Of a DNA stretch of 64,000 nt, positions 1-14,558 are shown piece by piece. Each line of letters starts with the position of its first letter. Within the stretch, counting starts at the first letter, position 1. Origin of the DNA: the human T2T-CHM13v2.0 reference genome, Homo sapiens. The notes under the pieces were generated by a model. That model was not told where the DNA came from, made no database searches, and worked only from the letters and a program-made list of their open reading frames with translations. The DNA lies in assembly GCF_009914755.1 (NCBI RefSeq), contig NC_060941.1, one strand, 5' to 3'. The position numbers were made by a program, and so were the translations under genes.

Positions 1-930
1 TGACCCATTAATAGAGATTTTTTAATCTGAAGAATACAGAGAAAATCAAATGAAAAAGGATGACCAGAGCATCAACATACATTTAATGGGTACATGTTCC
101 AGGAGAGGAGGAGAGAAAAGAAACAACAGGAAAGAAAAGGATAAAAATAATGGATGAAAAACTCCCAAATGAGTGAAAACCACTAATGACTGAAAGTTTT
201 TTAAATTATGAAAAAAATCAATCTACCCATCAAACAAGTTTACCAAAACCAAGTGGGATAAATGTAAAGAGATTCACACTAGGTACATCATGGTTACAAT
301 AGAGAAAGCCTCAAGGAGAACATTTTGAAAGCAGCAACAGAAAAATGACTCATCACATACAAGGGAATTTCAATAAGATTAACGTCTGTCATCTCATCAG
401 AAATAATGCATGCCCAGAAGGCATTAGGAGCATATAGTAAATGCTCAAAGAGAAAAACAAACAAACAAACAAAAACATATACACACACACAGCTATCAAC
501 TGACTATTATATCCAGAATGCTCTTTTTAAAATGGAGATGAAAAATATTAGTAGATTAAAACATAAATAAATAAATACTAAGACAATGTTTTGCAAACAG
601 GCTTGCCTTACAAAAAACACTAAGGAATACTTCAAACTAAGAGCAAGTAACACCAGATCATAATTTAAATCCTTAAAAAAAACCCAATAAAACAATTAAA
701 TAATTATCAAAGAGAATATAAATGAGTATTTATTCTCTTTACTTTTCTTAACTGAGTTTTAAAAACTGTATAAAGTAACATGTATGTAATTGTATTGCTG
801 GACCTAAACCATACAGAAATGTAATATATTTCTCAGTAATAGCACAGAGGTAGGTGTCATGAAACTTCTTTTGGAGTGCAGAAATGATACCAGATGGTAA
901 TTTGAATCCAAATGAATAAATTAGTAGAAC
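1..930 (+). mobile_element. Old L1 (L1M-type) ORF1 3' region and downstream remnant
   Basis: Degenerate ORF1-like text: ttgaaagcagcaacagaaaaatgactcatcacatacaagggaatttcaataagattaac...tctcatcagaaataatg. Confidence 0.8.
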
Positions 931-1273
931 CAGTGATGTGTTCTAGATGTTTTGTTCCCTCCAAATGTCATTTTGAAATCTGACCTCCAAAGTTATAGGT
1001 GGGTCTAGTGGGAAATGCTCGGGTCATAGGGGTTGATCCCTCATGAATGGCTTAATGTCCTCCTCATGGTAATGGGTGAGTTCTTACTCAGTTTACTGGA
1101 GAGCTGGTTGTTTAAAGGGTCCTGGCACCTCTTTGTCCCTCTCCCTCTCCCTTTCACCATGTGACACACTGATTCCCCTTTTTTTCCACTATGACTGAAA
1201 GCTTCCCAAGGACTCATCAGAAGAAAAGCAGATGCTGATGCCATTCTTGTATAGCCTGTTTAAAATGTGAACT

Positions 1274-1567
1274 GGCCAGGTGCAGTGGCTCACTCCTGTA
1301 ATGCCAGCGCTTTGGGAGGCCGAGGTGGGCAGATCACCTGAGGTCAGGAGTTCGAGACCAGCCTGGCCAACATGGTGAAATCCCATCTCTACTAAAAATA
1401 CAAAAATTAGCCAGGCACAGTGGTGTGCTCCTTTAACCCCAGCTACCCAGGGGGCTGAGGCAGGAGAATTGCTGGAACTCGAGAGACAGAGGCTGCAGTG
1501 AGCCGAGACTGCACCACTGCACTCCAGCCTGAGCAACAGAGCAAGACTCGGTCTCAAAAAAAAAAAA
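1274..1567 (+). mobile_element. AluS (Sx/Sz-like)
   Basis: Full dimer with polyA; TSD about aaaa(t)gtgaac. Confidence 0.95.
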
Positions 1568-1589
1568 GTGAACCAAATAAACCTCTTTT

Positions 1590-1902
1590 GCCCAAGGGCG
1601 GTGGCTCACACCTGTAATCCCAGCACTTTGGAAGGCTGAGATGGCAGGATCATTTGAGGCCAGGAGTTTGAGACCAGCCTTGTCAACACGGCAAAACCCT
1701 GTCTCTATTAAAATTACAAAAATTAGCTGGGCATGGTGGCACATGCCTGTAATCCCAGCTACTCAGGAGGCTAAGGCACAAGAATCACTTGAACTCAGGA
1801 GGCAGAGGTTGCAGTGAGCAGCGGTCATGCCATTGCATTCTAGCCTGGGCGACAGAGTGAGACTTTGTCTTTAAAAAATAAATAAATAAATAAATAAATA
1901 AT
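1590..1902 (+). mobile_element. Alu (Jb/Sz-like) with (TAAA)n tail
   Basis: Full dimer; gatcatttgaggccaggagtttgagacc. Confidence 0.95.
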
Positions 1903-2099
1903 ACTTTTTTCTTTATAAATTACCTAGTCTCAGGTATCTCTTCATAGCAACAGAAAATGGACTAACATGATCAGAAAGTAAGTGGTAAATTAGAAGGTTA
2001 ATATAGCTATTAGTGATGCTATCTCCCACTTTTAGACACTGAATAACACAATAAACTGAATCCAAAACAAGTAGAAGTAAAGACATAAGAAAAATTTTT

Positions 2100-2757
2100 T
2101 AAAAATGTATGCTTCAAAAGACGTTAGGGAAGTGGCATGACAACCCACAGAATTAAAGTCAGTATCTGCAAATCGTATATCTTATAAAAAATTGTTTATA
2201 GAAGTATAAATAATTCTTACAACAAATATTAAAAAACAACATTCTAAAATGGGAAAATATATGAATAAACATTTCTCCAAAGAAGATATATAAATGGCCA
2301 ATAAGCACATAAACAGAGCCTCAACAAGATTAGTCATCAAGGAAATGCTAATCAAAACCACAATAAGATACCATTTCACATCTGCTTGGCTGGCTATAAT
2401 TTTAAAAGCAGAAAATTACCAGTTTGAGTGAGAATGTGGATAACTGGAACCAACATACACTGCTGATGGAAATGTAAAATGGAATATACGCTAGCTTCTT
2501 TACAAAACAATCTGACAGTAACTCAAAGGTTAAATTTAGAGTTGCCATTTGACCCAGTAATTCCACTCGCAGGTATATAGCCAAAATTGTATACAGATAT
2601 TCCACAGAAGCATAATTTACAGTAGCAAAAAATTGAATGAACTTAAATGTTTAACAATTGATGAATGAATTTTAAAATGTGATTTATTAATAAAATGGAA
2701 TGTTTTTTAACAATATAAAAAGAAACGAATTACTGCTGCAAGATGGGTAAGTGTTGA
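2100..2757 (+). mobile_element. L1MB/MC ORF2 3' end and 3'UTR remnant
   Basis: catttctccaaagaagatatataaatggccaataagcacat...aaaaccacaataagataccatttcaca. Confidence 0.85.
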
Positions 2758-2838
2758 GGGGGTCCTATATCTTTTGTCCAGGCTACACTTATTAACATAA
2801 ATCTGTCACCAATCCTTGTTTGTACAAAGAGAAAACCC

Positions 2839-3068
2839 TTAATGAGTACCTTCCATATGCCAGGCATTGTGCTAGGAAGTTATGAATGCACTTTTTTTTC
2901 ATCTTTATAACTTTATAAAGGAGATCATATTGTCCCTTTTTTTAAGATAAGCAAGCAGAAGCTAAAAATGAATAAATAAGTTACCCAAGGCCATAAAGCT
3001 ACTAAATGCCAAGGCTTGGAATTAAATTTCTGTCTGTCTTATGCAATAGGCTTTTCATTTTATCCCAT
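2839..3068 (-). mobile_element. MIR SINE
   Basis: atgccaggcattgtgctagg...aagttacccaaggcca...agctactaaatg (antisense MIR core). Confidence 0.7.
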
Positions 3069-3098
3069 GATATTTAGTAATAAAAATAATGCAAACCC

Positions 3099-3490
<392 letters not shown>

Positions 3491-4691
3491 TTAGTACAAC
3501 TCCCCAGTTGGTTGCTTATTTACAAATCAGACCTACCTTGTTTGGGTTGAGTCAACAACCCTGGTCAGTGAGTTTATGATGATCACAAATTAATGAACTC
3601 CCTAATCTAGACTTTCTTAAGAAAGGAAGTAAGATAAAAGCCAGGGTTGCTGCAGAAGCTGGGAATGTTTTGAAGTGTGAGGACACGGAAAGGGAAAGGA
3701 ATAGAGAGTTAAAAAATCACTGGAGGATGTGTCTCTGTGTTGGTGGGGGAAGGGTTTTTTTTTTGTTAACGGAGAAATTTCTAAGCTACCACCATCTATT
3801 AAATATTCCCGTACTAAAGAGTAACTAGGAAAAACATTTGCATGAAAAAATGTTATCAAGAGAATCAAATGAAAGAAATTTTCATCATGGTCCAGGAAAT
3901 ATATGAAAAACAGATTTTCTTAAATGTTGTCAAGTCTGTCCCTGATACTTTCTATATAAACTCTTACTCAAATTATGAGTTACCCAATAAACAGTGCCTG
4001 GTAGGCCTGCACTGAATATTTACCCTTAGGTGTAATTTTAATGGTAAGGAGAGATGTTTTGTTGTCGTGATATGTATTTTATGAGTATATAGTCAATGTT
4101 AAGTGGTCTTCGACCGTGCTTTTGGAAACATAAATTTTCATTTGTGGGCTATAGTTTATTCTTAAGTAAAATTAAATTTTAAGTTTAAATATATTCTAAA
4201 GATTTCTTCCAGAATATCAGCCTACTTTCATTTAACCTAATCACAATCCACATTCACTGAAATGAAGAAAAGCAAAATGGCCCCTCAACTCATGAAGATG
4301 GGGATGTAAATACAGTCTAGTGGAAAATGGAAGACTCAGTCAGGAGGAGCAGAAATTGGGATTATGTAAGGCACTTAATAATCAGAGGCATTTATAATTA
4401 ATTTAGAGATTATAAGTAAAGTTTTTTGTACACGTGATCTATTTCACTATATTTTGTAGTAGTCATTCTTTATTAGAATTTCCCAACAGCATCACTTAGA
4501 GAGCACTTTGTGTAAATTAAAGACCATGACCCTACCTCTGAAGAGTATAAATTATTGGTATATTTTATTTCCATATTATTTATTCTTAAACTGAAATAAA
4601 AATTCTGACATGCACCATTAATAACAGCTGACAAGGATACAGAGGAAAGGGAACTCTTATACACTGTTATTGGGTATAAGAATAAATAATA

Positions 4692-5028
<337 letters not shown>

Positions 5029-5283
5029 CTATTATACACTTCTATTGGGTATCTGCACTAAATAATAGAACCACTATGAAAAAAATGGAGATTTCTCAAA
5101 AATTAAAAATAGAACTACCATATAATCTTGAAATTCCAGTACTATTTATTCAAAGAAGAGGAAATCAGTATATGAAAGGTATACATGTACCCCCATGTTT
5201 ATTATGGCACTAGTCACCATAGAGAAATATGGAATCAACTTAAATGTCCATCAAAAGATAAATGGATAAAGAAAATGTGATAT

Positions 5284-5284
<1 letters not shown>

Positions 5285-5326
<42 letters not shown>
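5285..5326. repeat. (CA)21 microsatellite
   Basis: Read directly from sequence. Confidence 0.98.
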
Positions 5327-5328
<2 letters not shown>

Positions 5329-6620
5329 ATAGTATACTGTTAAGCCATTAAAAGAAATGAAATCATGTCATTTATAGCAACATGGATAAAACTGGGGTCA
5401 TTATGTTAAGTCACATGAGTCAGGCACCAAAAAATCAATTATTGAATGTTTTCACTCACATGTAGGAGCTAAAAATGTTGGTCTAATGGATGTAGGGAGT
5501 AGGATGAGAGCCGCCAGAGGCTACAAAGTATAGGGGAGGTAAGAGAGGGGGAAGAAGACAGTTTGGTTAATAAGTACAAACATACAGTTAGATAGAAGGT
5601 GTAAGTTCTAATGTTTTGCCCAGAGTAGGGTGACTGACTATAGTTAGCAACAATGTATTGTATATTTCAAAGTAGCTAGAAGAGAGGACTTGAATTGTCT
5701 TCAACACATAGAAATGATAAATACTCAAGGTGAGGGATACCCCAAATACGCTTACTTAATTATTACACATTCTATGATGTAACAAAATATCACCTGTATC
5801 CAATACATATGTAAAATATTATAAATCAAATCAAATAAAACGTTTTTCCAAAGGAATTCAGGTTAAAGTTGGTGCTTTGCTTTTGAAATGAATGTCAGTT
5901 ACCCAAAATGGTATTTAAGATATGTAGCCTGGTTTGGGGGGGCAGGGTGGTATTTCCCATTATAGAGTTCTTTAGCCTTTTGTAGTGATAGAGTTATTCT
6001 GTATGGACTACTGCAAAGAGAGAAATGTTACTGTTCCACGTGATACTCATTAGACAGAAATCCTTTTGTTTAACCAATAATTTTAACTAGCTCATCCAAA
6101 TATTGTTTTATATAAATGACCTCTTGAATTGCAATAAGGAAATAATAATATTCTCAGTCATATCTGAAGTGATATTACTAAATAATAATTCAAAATAAAA
6201 TATAAAAGAATTAACTGTGTCATTGGCTTCTACATATTCCTTAGATATTAAAATATTTTGTGTAGAAACTCCAAGTCATCCTCTATACTGATATTTTTCC
6301 TATAGCATCTCAGATTTAACAAAACTTGTAGGGAATAAAATGAATCTGTGTTTCTAAGAGTTACTGTAAAATTAAAAAAGAAAGTCCTGATCAACCACTT
6401 AAATATAAAATAGTTCTAAAATAACATAAAACTAATAAACCAAACAATTTATACATGGCATTTCAGGAATTGTGGCAGAAGTAAGTTTAACAGAATTGTC
6501 ATATAAAAAGTACATACAGAATTTCATAGAATAATATTGAGAACTCAGTGCTTAAATAAGCAAGAAAATAGAACAGACTATTCGGTGATAACATATAACA
6601 AATATTAAAAAGATGTCTGT

Positions 6621-6917
6621 GGCCGGGCACAGTGGCTCACACCTGTTATCCCAGCACTTTGGGAGGCCGAGGTGGGTGGATCATGAGGTGAGGAGTTCAA
6701 AACCAGCCTGGCTAACATGGTGAAACCCCATCTCTACTAAAAATACAAAAATTAGCTGGGTGCAGTGGCAGGCTCCTGTAATCCCAGCTGCTCGGGAGTC
6801 TGAGGCAGGAGAATTGCTTAAACCCCGGGCGGCAGAGGTTGCAGTGAGCCAAGATTGTGCCACTGCACTCCACCCTGGACGACAGAGTGGGACTCCATCT
6901 CAAAAAGAAAAAAAAAA
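6621..6917 (+). mobile_element. AluS (Sg-like)
   Basis: Full dimer; TSD ending gtctgt. Confidence 0.95.
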
Positions 6918-7473
6918 GTCTGTGAACTAGTAACCTTGTTTTAATTAAAAGTATACATTTAAATTAGATATAATTTATTCTTATTAAATATGGGAAACCT
7001 AATTCTTAGTACTATAGAGAATACATGAACAGGTTATTGTCATGCAGAGTTTGGCAAGCAACAATAAAAATTCTGACATTTTTGGAAAGTAAATTCGCTA
7101 TGCGTTTCAAAAGCCTTGAAACAGATCATATGATTAGTTAGCAGCTCGTTCGGATTGTGCCAAAGAAATAATCAAGGAAATGAAAAGTTATAATAAAATA
7201 TAGTTATGATTATTACACAACAGCCTAAAACATGCATACTATGTACTGTTGAGTAAAGATATTAAAAGCAAACAATATGAGCACTCTACCTGTGAACATG
7301 TCAAAACAGTTATTTATACAGATAAGGTCTAGAACAGAACTGATGCAAAAATACAAACAATGGTCATGTTAAGATTGTAGTGTCATACTCTGCCCCTATT
7401 TTCCAAGTTCTCTTTAATTTTGTTATACCTTTGATGAAATTGACATAGAGAAGTGTAGAAAGTAAGTAGAGGG

Positions 7474-7779
7474 GGCCGGGCATGGTGGCTCATGCCTGTA
7501 ATCCCAGCACTTCAGCAGGCCACACCAGGGTGATTGCTTGAGGCCAGAAGTTCAATACCAGCTTGTGCAACATAGTGAAACTCTGTCTCTACAGAATTTT
7601 TTTTTTTAATTAGCTGGGTGTAATGGTGCCACCTGTAATTCCAGCTACTCAAGAAGCTCAGTGGGAGGATTGCTTGAGTTGAGGGGTTCAAGACTGCAGT
7701 GAGCTATGATTGTACCATTGCACACCAGCTCCGGTCTGGACAACAGAGCAAGACCCTGTCTCAAAAAAAAAAAAAAAAG
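7474..7779 (+). mobile_element. AluJ
   Basis: gattgcttgaggccag...gggaggattgcttgag...gagctatgatt; TSD agaaagt(a/g)agta(g/a)aggg. Confidence 0.93.
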
Positions 7780-9438
7780 AAGGAAGAAAGTGAGTAAAGG
7801 GGCTAGGTGACATACTCACTATATTCATACACTGAGATGAAAGGCAATGGTGAAAGGCTGTGAGAAGGACAGAATAAGCACATTTCTTAAAATTTTATAG
7901 AGCTGTCAAACTGGTCAGAAATCATTCGGTAAAATGTACTGTGAGTCTTTTCTTGGTTTCTTTATTATTGTTTCTATCACCTGCAGATTTGGCATAACAA
8001 AATTATGATGATTCACTGTTATGCTGCAGAAAGGTTTATAATGTATATGGAAAAATCTTAATAATGTTTGGAGCTTGAGAGTCTGCAGGAAACCATGGGA
8101 AATTGCTTTTGCAACCACACTGAAATGAGAACCTCATTTAGAGAGACCAAGGGGGAGGGAATACTATAGATAAAAGCAAGTGAAATACAGTATTTAGAAT
8201 GACAGGTCATCATAGAAGCTAAAAAATGCATTTAGCTCATCCAGGTGTGCTGCATTTACTCAATTTTGAAGGTCTGTTAGTAAGCAAAGCACATATTATA
8301 TTATGCTTCTTGGTGTTTTCATTAGTTGTCTAACAGACTAAGTATAAACATTCTCTTGAAAGAGAAAGTGTGTTAAACACTTATAAGAGTAAACCAAGTT
8401 AAATCTTATATCTGCTAGGTAAAGATCAGTATCATATCTAACAGAAGATAAAGCTCAGAAAGAGTTATATCCTTCTTTGAATGGATAGCAAAACAAATTT
8501 CCATGCTGTCAGATCATAATGTGTTAATGCAGAATGAGGCCCCAGTGACCCACCTCTGGGTGCAGGTGTTTTTAGATTGAATTTTAAAGTAGACTCGTCT
8601 CTTTTGAACAAGTTTATACAATAATAATTAAAATGCACTAATACAAGAGGAGAAAAGATTTAATTTTCTATAAGATACTACTTCAATTGCATGTCTCACA
8701 TATATCCGGTCTTTTGGTCCAAAGTGAAAATAGATGATTTTATAAACTGGAAGAGAATTTCATAACTTGCACTCAAAAGTAAAATTGGGCAGTCAATGCC
8801 AGAGGATTTTGTCTTTCCACCTTTTGGACGGGTCAAAAGTGAAAGTCTTTCGGAGGCTAATTTTACAAATGTACATGGAAACACAGAGGTTAACTGGCTT
8901 GTTCAAGTTAACATATTTAACTATGTTAGAAAGATTAGAACTTTATAGTTTTTTCCTCACAATTAATTATATGTTGAAAATATGTATATAAATTTTAAGC
9001 GAGTATAGTTATTTGGGACATATAGATACACTACAAATATCTACATTTTGCTTTATAGGTTCAGAGAGGGCAAGGGGGGATTGCCTTTGACCAATAACTG
9101 ACTTTAAGATTTAAAGAGAAAAAAATCTTTCATTTCTTTAGATTGACATCAGTAGACCTTAAAACTACAAACAAACATATTTGCTATGTTGATACCTGAG
9201 TGCAAGAAAGAGTAAAGTCACTATACCTACAGCTGGCTCTTAGATCCCACAGAGAATAAAATAAAATCCAATGAGATAAAGACGAGAAGGATTTCATGAG
9301 TCTCCATGAAGAAATAAAAAGGTTAGAGAAAATATTTAATATTGAATTGTGAAATAGGTGTTAAAGGGGAAAACAAGTTATATATTTAAGATGACCTACT
9401 CAGGGTTATCTGTTATGACATTAAAAATAAACAGAGGA

Positions 9439-9769
<331 letters not shown>

Positions 9770-10580
9770 TCAGATCACTTTCTAGAGACATTGCCTTGTG
9801 AATTATTGTGAGGCAACACAACTGGAAAAATTCCAGGAATCATCTTGACCATTTTTAGAAGCTAAAGAGAAAACATGATCCTCCTACATGAGAATAATAA
9901 TGGATGGTTGAGAAAAGAAACATATACTTGTGAGAAGCATGGAGTCATAAAAAAAATGTGAGGACAGGATGAAAACAAATGAAGTTGACTGAGAAGGGAA
10001 AGCCAAGGAATAAGGAGAAGAAAGAAACAAAACAAAACAAAACAAAAACAGGTGAAGCTTGATCTGTCAACTACAGAGCCCACTGCAGCTACAATATATT
10101 CTAAGAGAAATGTTGCCACCCACTGCTTAAGGGGCAGCCCTGCAATGATTATTCAAATCATTTTACCTGAATATTTTTAATGAATCAGCATTTGATTTCT
10201 AAGCCAAGAGTAGTTACTCCATAAAATAGCCAACTAAATATGATGTGCAAGAGAAGACAAGAATGGGCTGCAACAACCATATTATGTCTCTGGAATTATA
10301 TTGGGCAACACAGAAAAAAAAATCAGCAATAGAAATTAAAAATTACAGACAAAAAGATGGTAGATTGAATTGGGTCTATGAATGTTCCTAATAAGACAAA
10401 AGAATGAGGACACAGACATTATGGAGTAGACACATGATATAAAAGTAGAAGAAAGAATGAGTCAGGGAAGAAAATGAAATCAACAAGAAAATCTGAGACA
10501 TGCTATGAGAAAAAAAGAGTTCCCATGGTTAAGGAAGTTGTCACTACCTATAATTTTCTTTCTCCCTAAAAAAAAAAAAA

Positions 10581-10871
10581 GTGGTTAAAAAACACATAAG
10601 GTTAAACTTACTGCCTTAATCATTTTTACACGTACAGCTCCTTAATGCTAAGTATATTCATGTTATTGTTCAACAGATCTAGAACCTCTAAAACCTTTTC
10701 AACTTGCAAAACTGAAAGTGAAACTGATTAATTTATTAATCAGTAATTCTCCCTCCTTCCTACTCCCAGTCCTTGACAACCATCTTTCTATTTTGTTTCT
10801 AGGATTTGACCACTTTACATACTTCATGTGAGTGTAAGCATATAATAGTTCAGTAGTCGTCCTTTTGTGTC
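10581..10871 (-). mobile_element. L1MB 3' end fragment
   Basis: aagtatattcatgttattgttcaacagatctagaac...ttgcaaaactgaaa...acaaccatctttctattt. Confidence 0.8.
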
Positions 10872-11835
10872 CCTACAGATTTCTTGAGTCTTGTGATTTT
10901 TCAATGTCTGATTCAATTTGGGTCCATATGGATCCTTACAAGAAGTAATAAAAAAAATTACCACACTTGAAAAATATGCAAACAAAACAATTTAAAAGCC
11001 CAGGTAGGACTGAGAAAGATTTTCCTATGATTCTAGGAAATAATTGAAACATACACTTTGAAATGACACTTTATTCAACAAAATAATATTTTCAGGAATA
11101 CATGAGCCCAAATGATGGATTAGGTACTTGTGTTTAGGAGAGATTAAAATAAATACATCTCACTTTTGCCTGGTGCCAGGGAAAAAAAACCTTTTAAAAT
11201 ACTTTATGGATTTTAAAGTAAGCTTAATGTATTTTAACTGAACTTAGTGATTTGAGGGAGAATGCAACTAATGATGGATTTTTTAATAATGTTTTCACAG
11301 AACATTAAAATAGATTTTAGTTCCACTCATCTTCCACAATGATAATACTCTTTCCCGGATTAATCTTAAAATAAAGTTGATGTATTTAATCCTGTGTGAA
11401 GATATCAAATATGCATTTCAATGTATCGTAATAAAATATATAAATTATCACATCTTTGTAAACAGTACCACTGTACATATATAAAGATACTGCTGAGCTC
11501 ACTGGCCATTGTAGACTGAGGTTATGAAGTGTTTTGCAGGCTTTGGAAGACTTCTCTTCTTCATCATAGTAAACATTGCTAAATTTCCTCTTCTTTGGCA
11601 AAACTAGACTATCTTGCATCTCATGAAAATCTGTAATTGGAGTTTATTTAGAAAACATTAAATGCTATCAGAGAGCTTTTGTGGAAGCGCTAATGAAAAT
11701 ACATATTTAACCATTATTAGACACATAAACTTTCAACAATGAAGGTGTGTTCATAATTACTATGTTGTCATTATAAGAAGTAAACATTCTTTTCTATTAA
11801 TATTAAGCTGATTTTTTTTCAAATATCTTTCTAGT

Positions 11836-12100
11836 CACTTTGGGAGGCTCAGGTGGGCGGATCACCTGAGGTCAGGAGTTCGAGACCAGCCTGACCAACA
11901 TGGAGAAACCCCGTCTCTACTAAAAATACAAAAATCAGCCTGGCATGGTGGTGAGCACCTGTAATCCCAACTACTCAGGAGGCTGAGGTAGGAGAATCAC
12001 TTGAACCTGGGAGGCGGAGGGGTGCAGTGAGCCGAGGTCTCGCCATTGCACTCCAGCCTGGGTGACAGAGCAAGACTCCATCTCAAAAAAAAAAAAAAAA
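11836..12100 (+). mobile_element. 5'-truncated AluSp
   Basis: Starts at cactttgggagg; diagnostic ctgaccaacatggagaaacc. Confidence 0.93.
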
Positions 12101-13559
12101 CTTATTAGTGACATAGTTGATAATAACTAAAAACAAATGTCTGATAGATGACCTATGGGAAAATTGAGTGAACTATAGGGACAAAAAAAAAAATGAGTTT
12201 GATGAGCACTTAGGTTGCTTGCAGTATGTAACAACAAAAAATAAAAATAAAAATAAAGAAATTAATTTAAAAAATGAGTTTGAAAATGTATTATTATGTG
12301 AAATGCTTTCCACAAAGAACTGACTACGAAATATTTGGAAGGTATACCATTGGTCTTTGCAGGATCATTGTGAACCTATTCAGGTAAGTGACTTTTGGAT
12401 CTGGGATGGCTGGGCTGGATGATAAGAGAAGGGAGTAGCTAAATTTAGGTTATACATGAGGTCAGGTTGTGCATGTAGATGGTATACACTAGTGGGGTCT
12501 GGATCAGAGACAAGGGACTTTTGAGGGAACAGAAGTGAAGCAGGAAGCTGTCTAGGATATCATTTCCACTCCTGAAGAATCAAGGTCCAAATGGCAAGAT
12601 TATTTGTAAGCAGAAAAATAAGCAGGGCACAGATTTCTCTGACATACTGGATTAGAAAAAGCTTCTTGCAAAGATAACCTATAATATTCAATAATTCTTG
12701 AAAAAAGTGTTACTTTGAATAAGGAATATTTATCCTCAAACCCTCATGGGTCTCTTTAAATGTAAAGGAGTGTTGCTTATTAATGTTAAAGTTAGGCCCC
12801 AAGTCATTATACAGAATGGAAAGTTTGACATGGTGTATAGAAGAGTTGTGGACTACGAGTGCTAAAATTTTGGTCCTGTAGCACTTCATTTTCCCCTTTT
12901 TGGACAATTCATTATTATACAAGTGGCTTACTGCTCTTGAGGTTGATCTAGAATCGAGGCCTCCGTACTCATAATGGAATAGAAATTCCATGGTAAGAGA
13001 GACCTTAGAAACAATCTTATTTATGCTTCTCATTTTAAAGAGTGTTATTATAAAGTCCAGGCATGATAATATTCCCAGACATAGAAACCAAGTTCCTCTC
13101 AATTAACTGCTCTGTCTCTCTCAGAGAAATGAGTACAATAAAAGATATTAAAAATCTCAAGAGTTCATACTAGTCTTCATCTTCTAAATACCCCAGCTCT
13201 TATATCAGGTCTTGATGAGAGAGAAAGAGATAGAAGACATACATTTGGGCAATAACTCAAAAAAGTTAAATCAAACATAATACACAGAAGGTCAAGGAAA
13301 AGCTCCTCTAGAGTAAAAATTTTAAGAGACACAGTTATGATGAAAATGGAGTTACACCAAGTTGAAGCAAAACCATTCACCAAAAATACTTATTTAGATT
13401 AATTCCATATTGCAAAAAAATTGCCGACACATTCAAAAATGTAGACTTAGTGTATCTCTTAATTTACTGCAAGCTAGAAAACAGCATATCTATAAAAATA
13501 AATGGCAATTCTGGAAAAAAAATTGTTGTCGAACAGCAAGGGACAAGGTAGAAACTAGT

Positions 13560-13665
13560 TTAATTCTGTCATTTTATACATAAAGAAGCTAAATCCCTTA
13601 GAAGTAAAACTGATTGTCCTAAATCACACCAAGTAAAGATATGAATTTGAGTCTCCTGATGTCAT
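13560..13665 (-). mobile_element. MIR fragment
   Basis: cattttatacataaagaagctaaa...tgattgtcctaaatcacac resembles antisense MIR core. Confidence 0.5.
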
Positions 13666-14195
13666 GCTAAAGCACAATTTTATCAAGCACACTTCTATCA
13701 ACATGTTTAATAAAAGCACACTTTTATCAAGATATTACTCTGTTAAAAAATAGAAATCAGGAGGAGAAGTAGAAAGGAAAGAAAATAAAAGACATAGTGT
13801 AGTGCAGAAGCAAGGGCCAAGACTCAGAATCTGATAAACTAGAAGTTTCTGAAAACCTTAAATATCAAAAAAATCATGTAGAGGAAGTTAAGACAAACAA
13901 GTTCTTAATTGAGGCTGTTAGTAATTGTTTCCAGAAATTGAGATTCATGACAAGTGTCATAGACTACAAGAATGCAAATTCTGATTCAGAGAAGACACTC
14001 TTTTCTCCACACCCGATTTAGGTGTAGGAAACACCAGCTCTCAAATATTACTCTTGGGAGACAGGACTCAGGGCTCTCAACTTGAATACCAGTTGTAACT
14101 GAGTAGAAACAGAAATTGTAGAATTCTTGAGTTTTTAATGAATTACAAAACCCCCAAAATCAGGATATCCTATTTTTACTCACTATTAATCCTTT

Positions 14196-14558
14196 CGTTG
14201 TTTTTTTGTTTTTGTTCTTTATTGTTGTTTGTTTGTTTTTGAGACAAGGTCTCACTTTGTAGCCCAGGCTGAAATGCAGTGACATGATCATGGCTCACTG
14301 TAGCCTTAACCTCTTGGGCTCAAGCAATCCTCAACTCTCAGCCCCCAGAGTAGTTGGGTCTACAGGCATGTGCCACCTAACCTGGCTGTTTTTTGTTTTT
14401 TTATTTTATTTTATTTTATTTTATTTTATTTTTTTTTTTTTGTAGAAACAGGATCTTAGGTTGCCTAGCCTGGCCTCGAACTCCTGGGCTTAAGGAATCC
14501 TTCCACTTTAGCCTTTCAAATTGCCTGGATTACAGATGTGAGCCACCATGCCATATCC
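14196..14558 (-). mobile_element. AluJ with (TTTTA)n expansion of the middle A-tract
   Basis: gagacaaggtctcact...ctcttgggctcaagcaatcct...aactcctgggcttaag. Confidence 0.92.

Larger units (their letters stand above)
934..1967 (+). mobile_element. MST-family (MSTB/C-like) MaLR solo LTR interrupted by two Alus
   Basis: Starts tgatgtgttctagatgttttgttccctccaaat, has gatccctcatgaatggctt, ends catagcaacagaaaatggactaaca. Confidence 0.85.

Noticed and set aside
1189-1744. ORFs with [11 protein letters not shown] and [10 protein letters not shown] motifs, here and at other Alus
   Set aside because: Standard antisense Alu translations
7901-7986. + strand ag...gtgagt 40-nt exon followed by a strong acceptor
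   Set aside because: The implied intron is only 46 nt; no support for either exon
8696-8991. Overlapping ORFs and possible exon near 8700-8856
   Set aside because: No recognisable protein, weak acceptor, phase does not match neighbouring candidates
10723-10744. 10-bp inverted repeat actgattaat-tt-attaatcagt
   Set aside because: Short, AT-rich and inside an L1MB fragment
12710-13102. 130-aa minus-strand ORF
   Set aside because: Non-ATG start, no domain, no clear splice boundaries
13669-13731. Three direct repeats aagcaca..t.tatcaa
   Set aside because: Local slippage; no regular spacers, so not CRISPR-like
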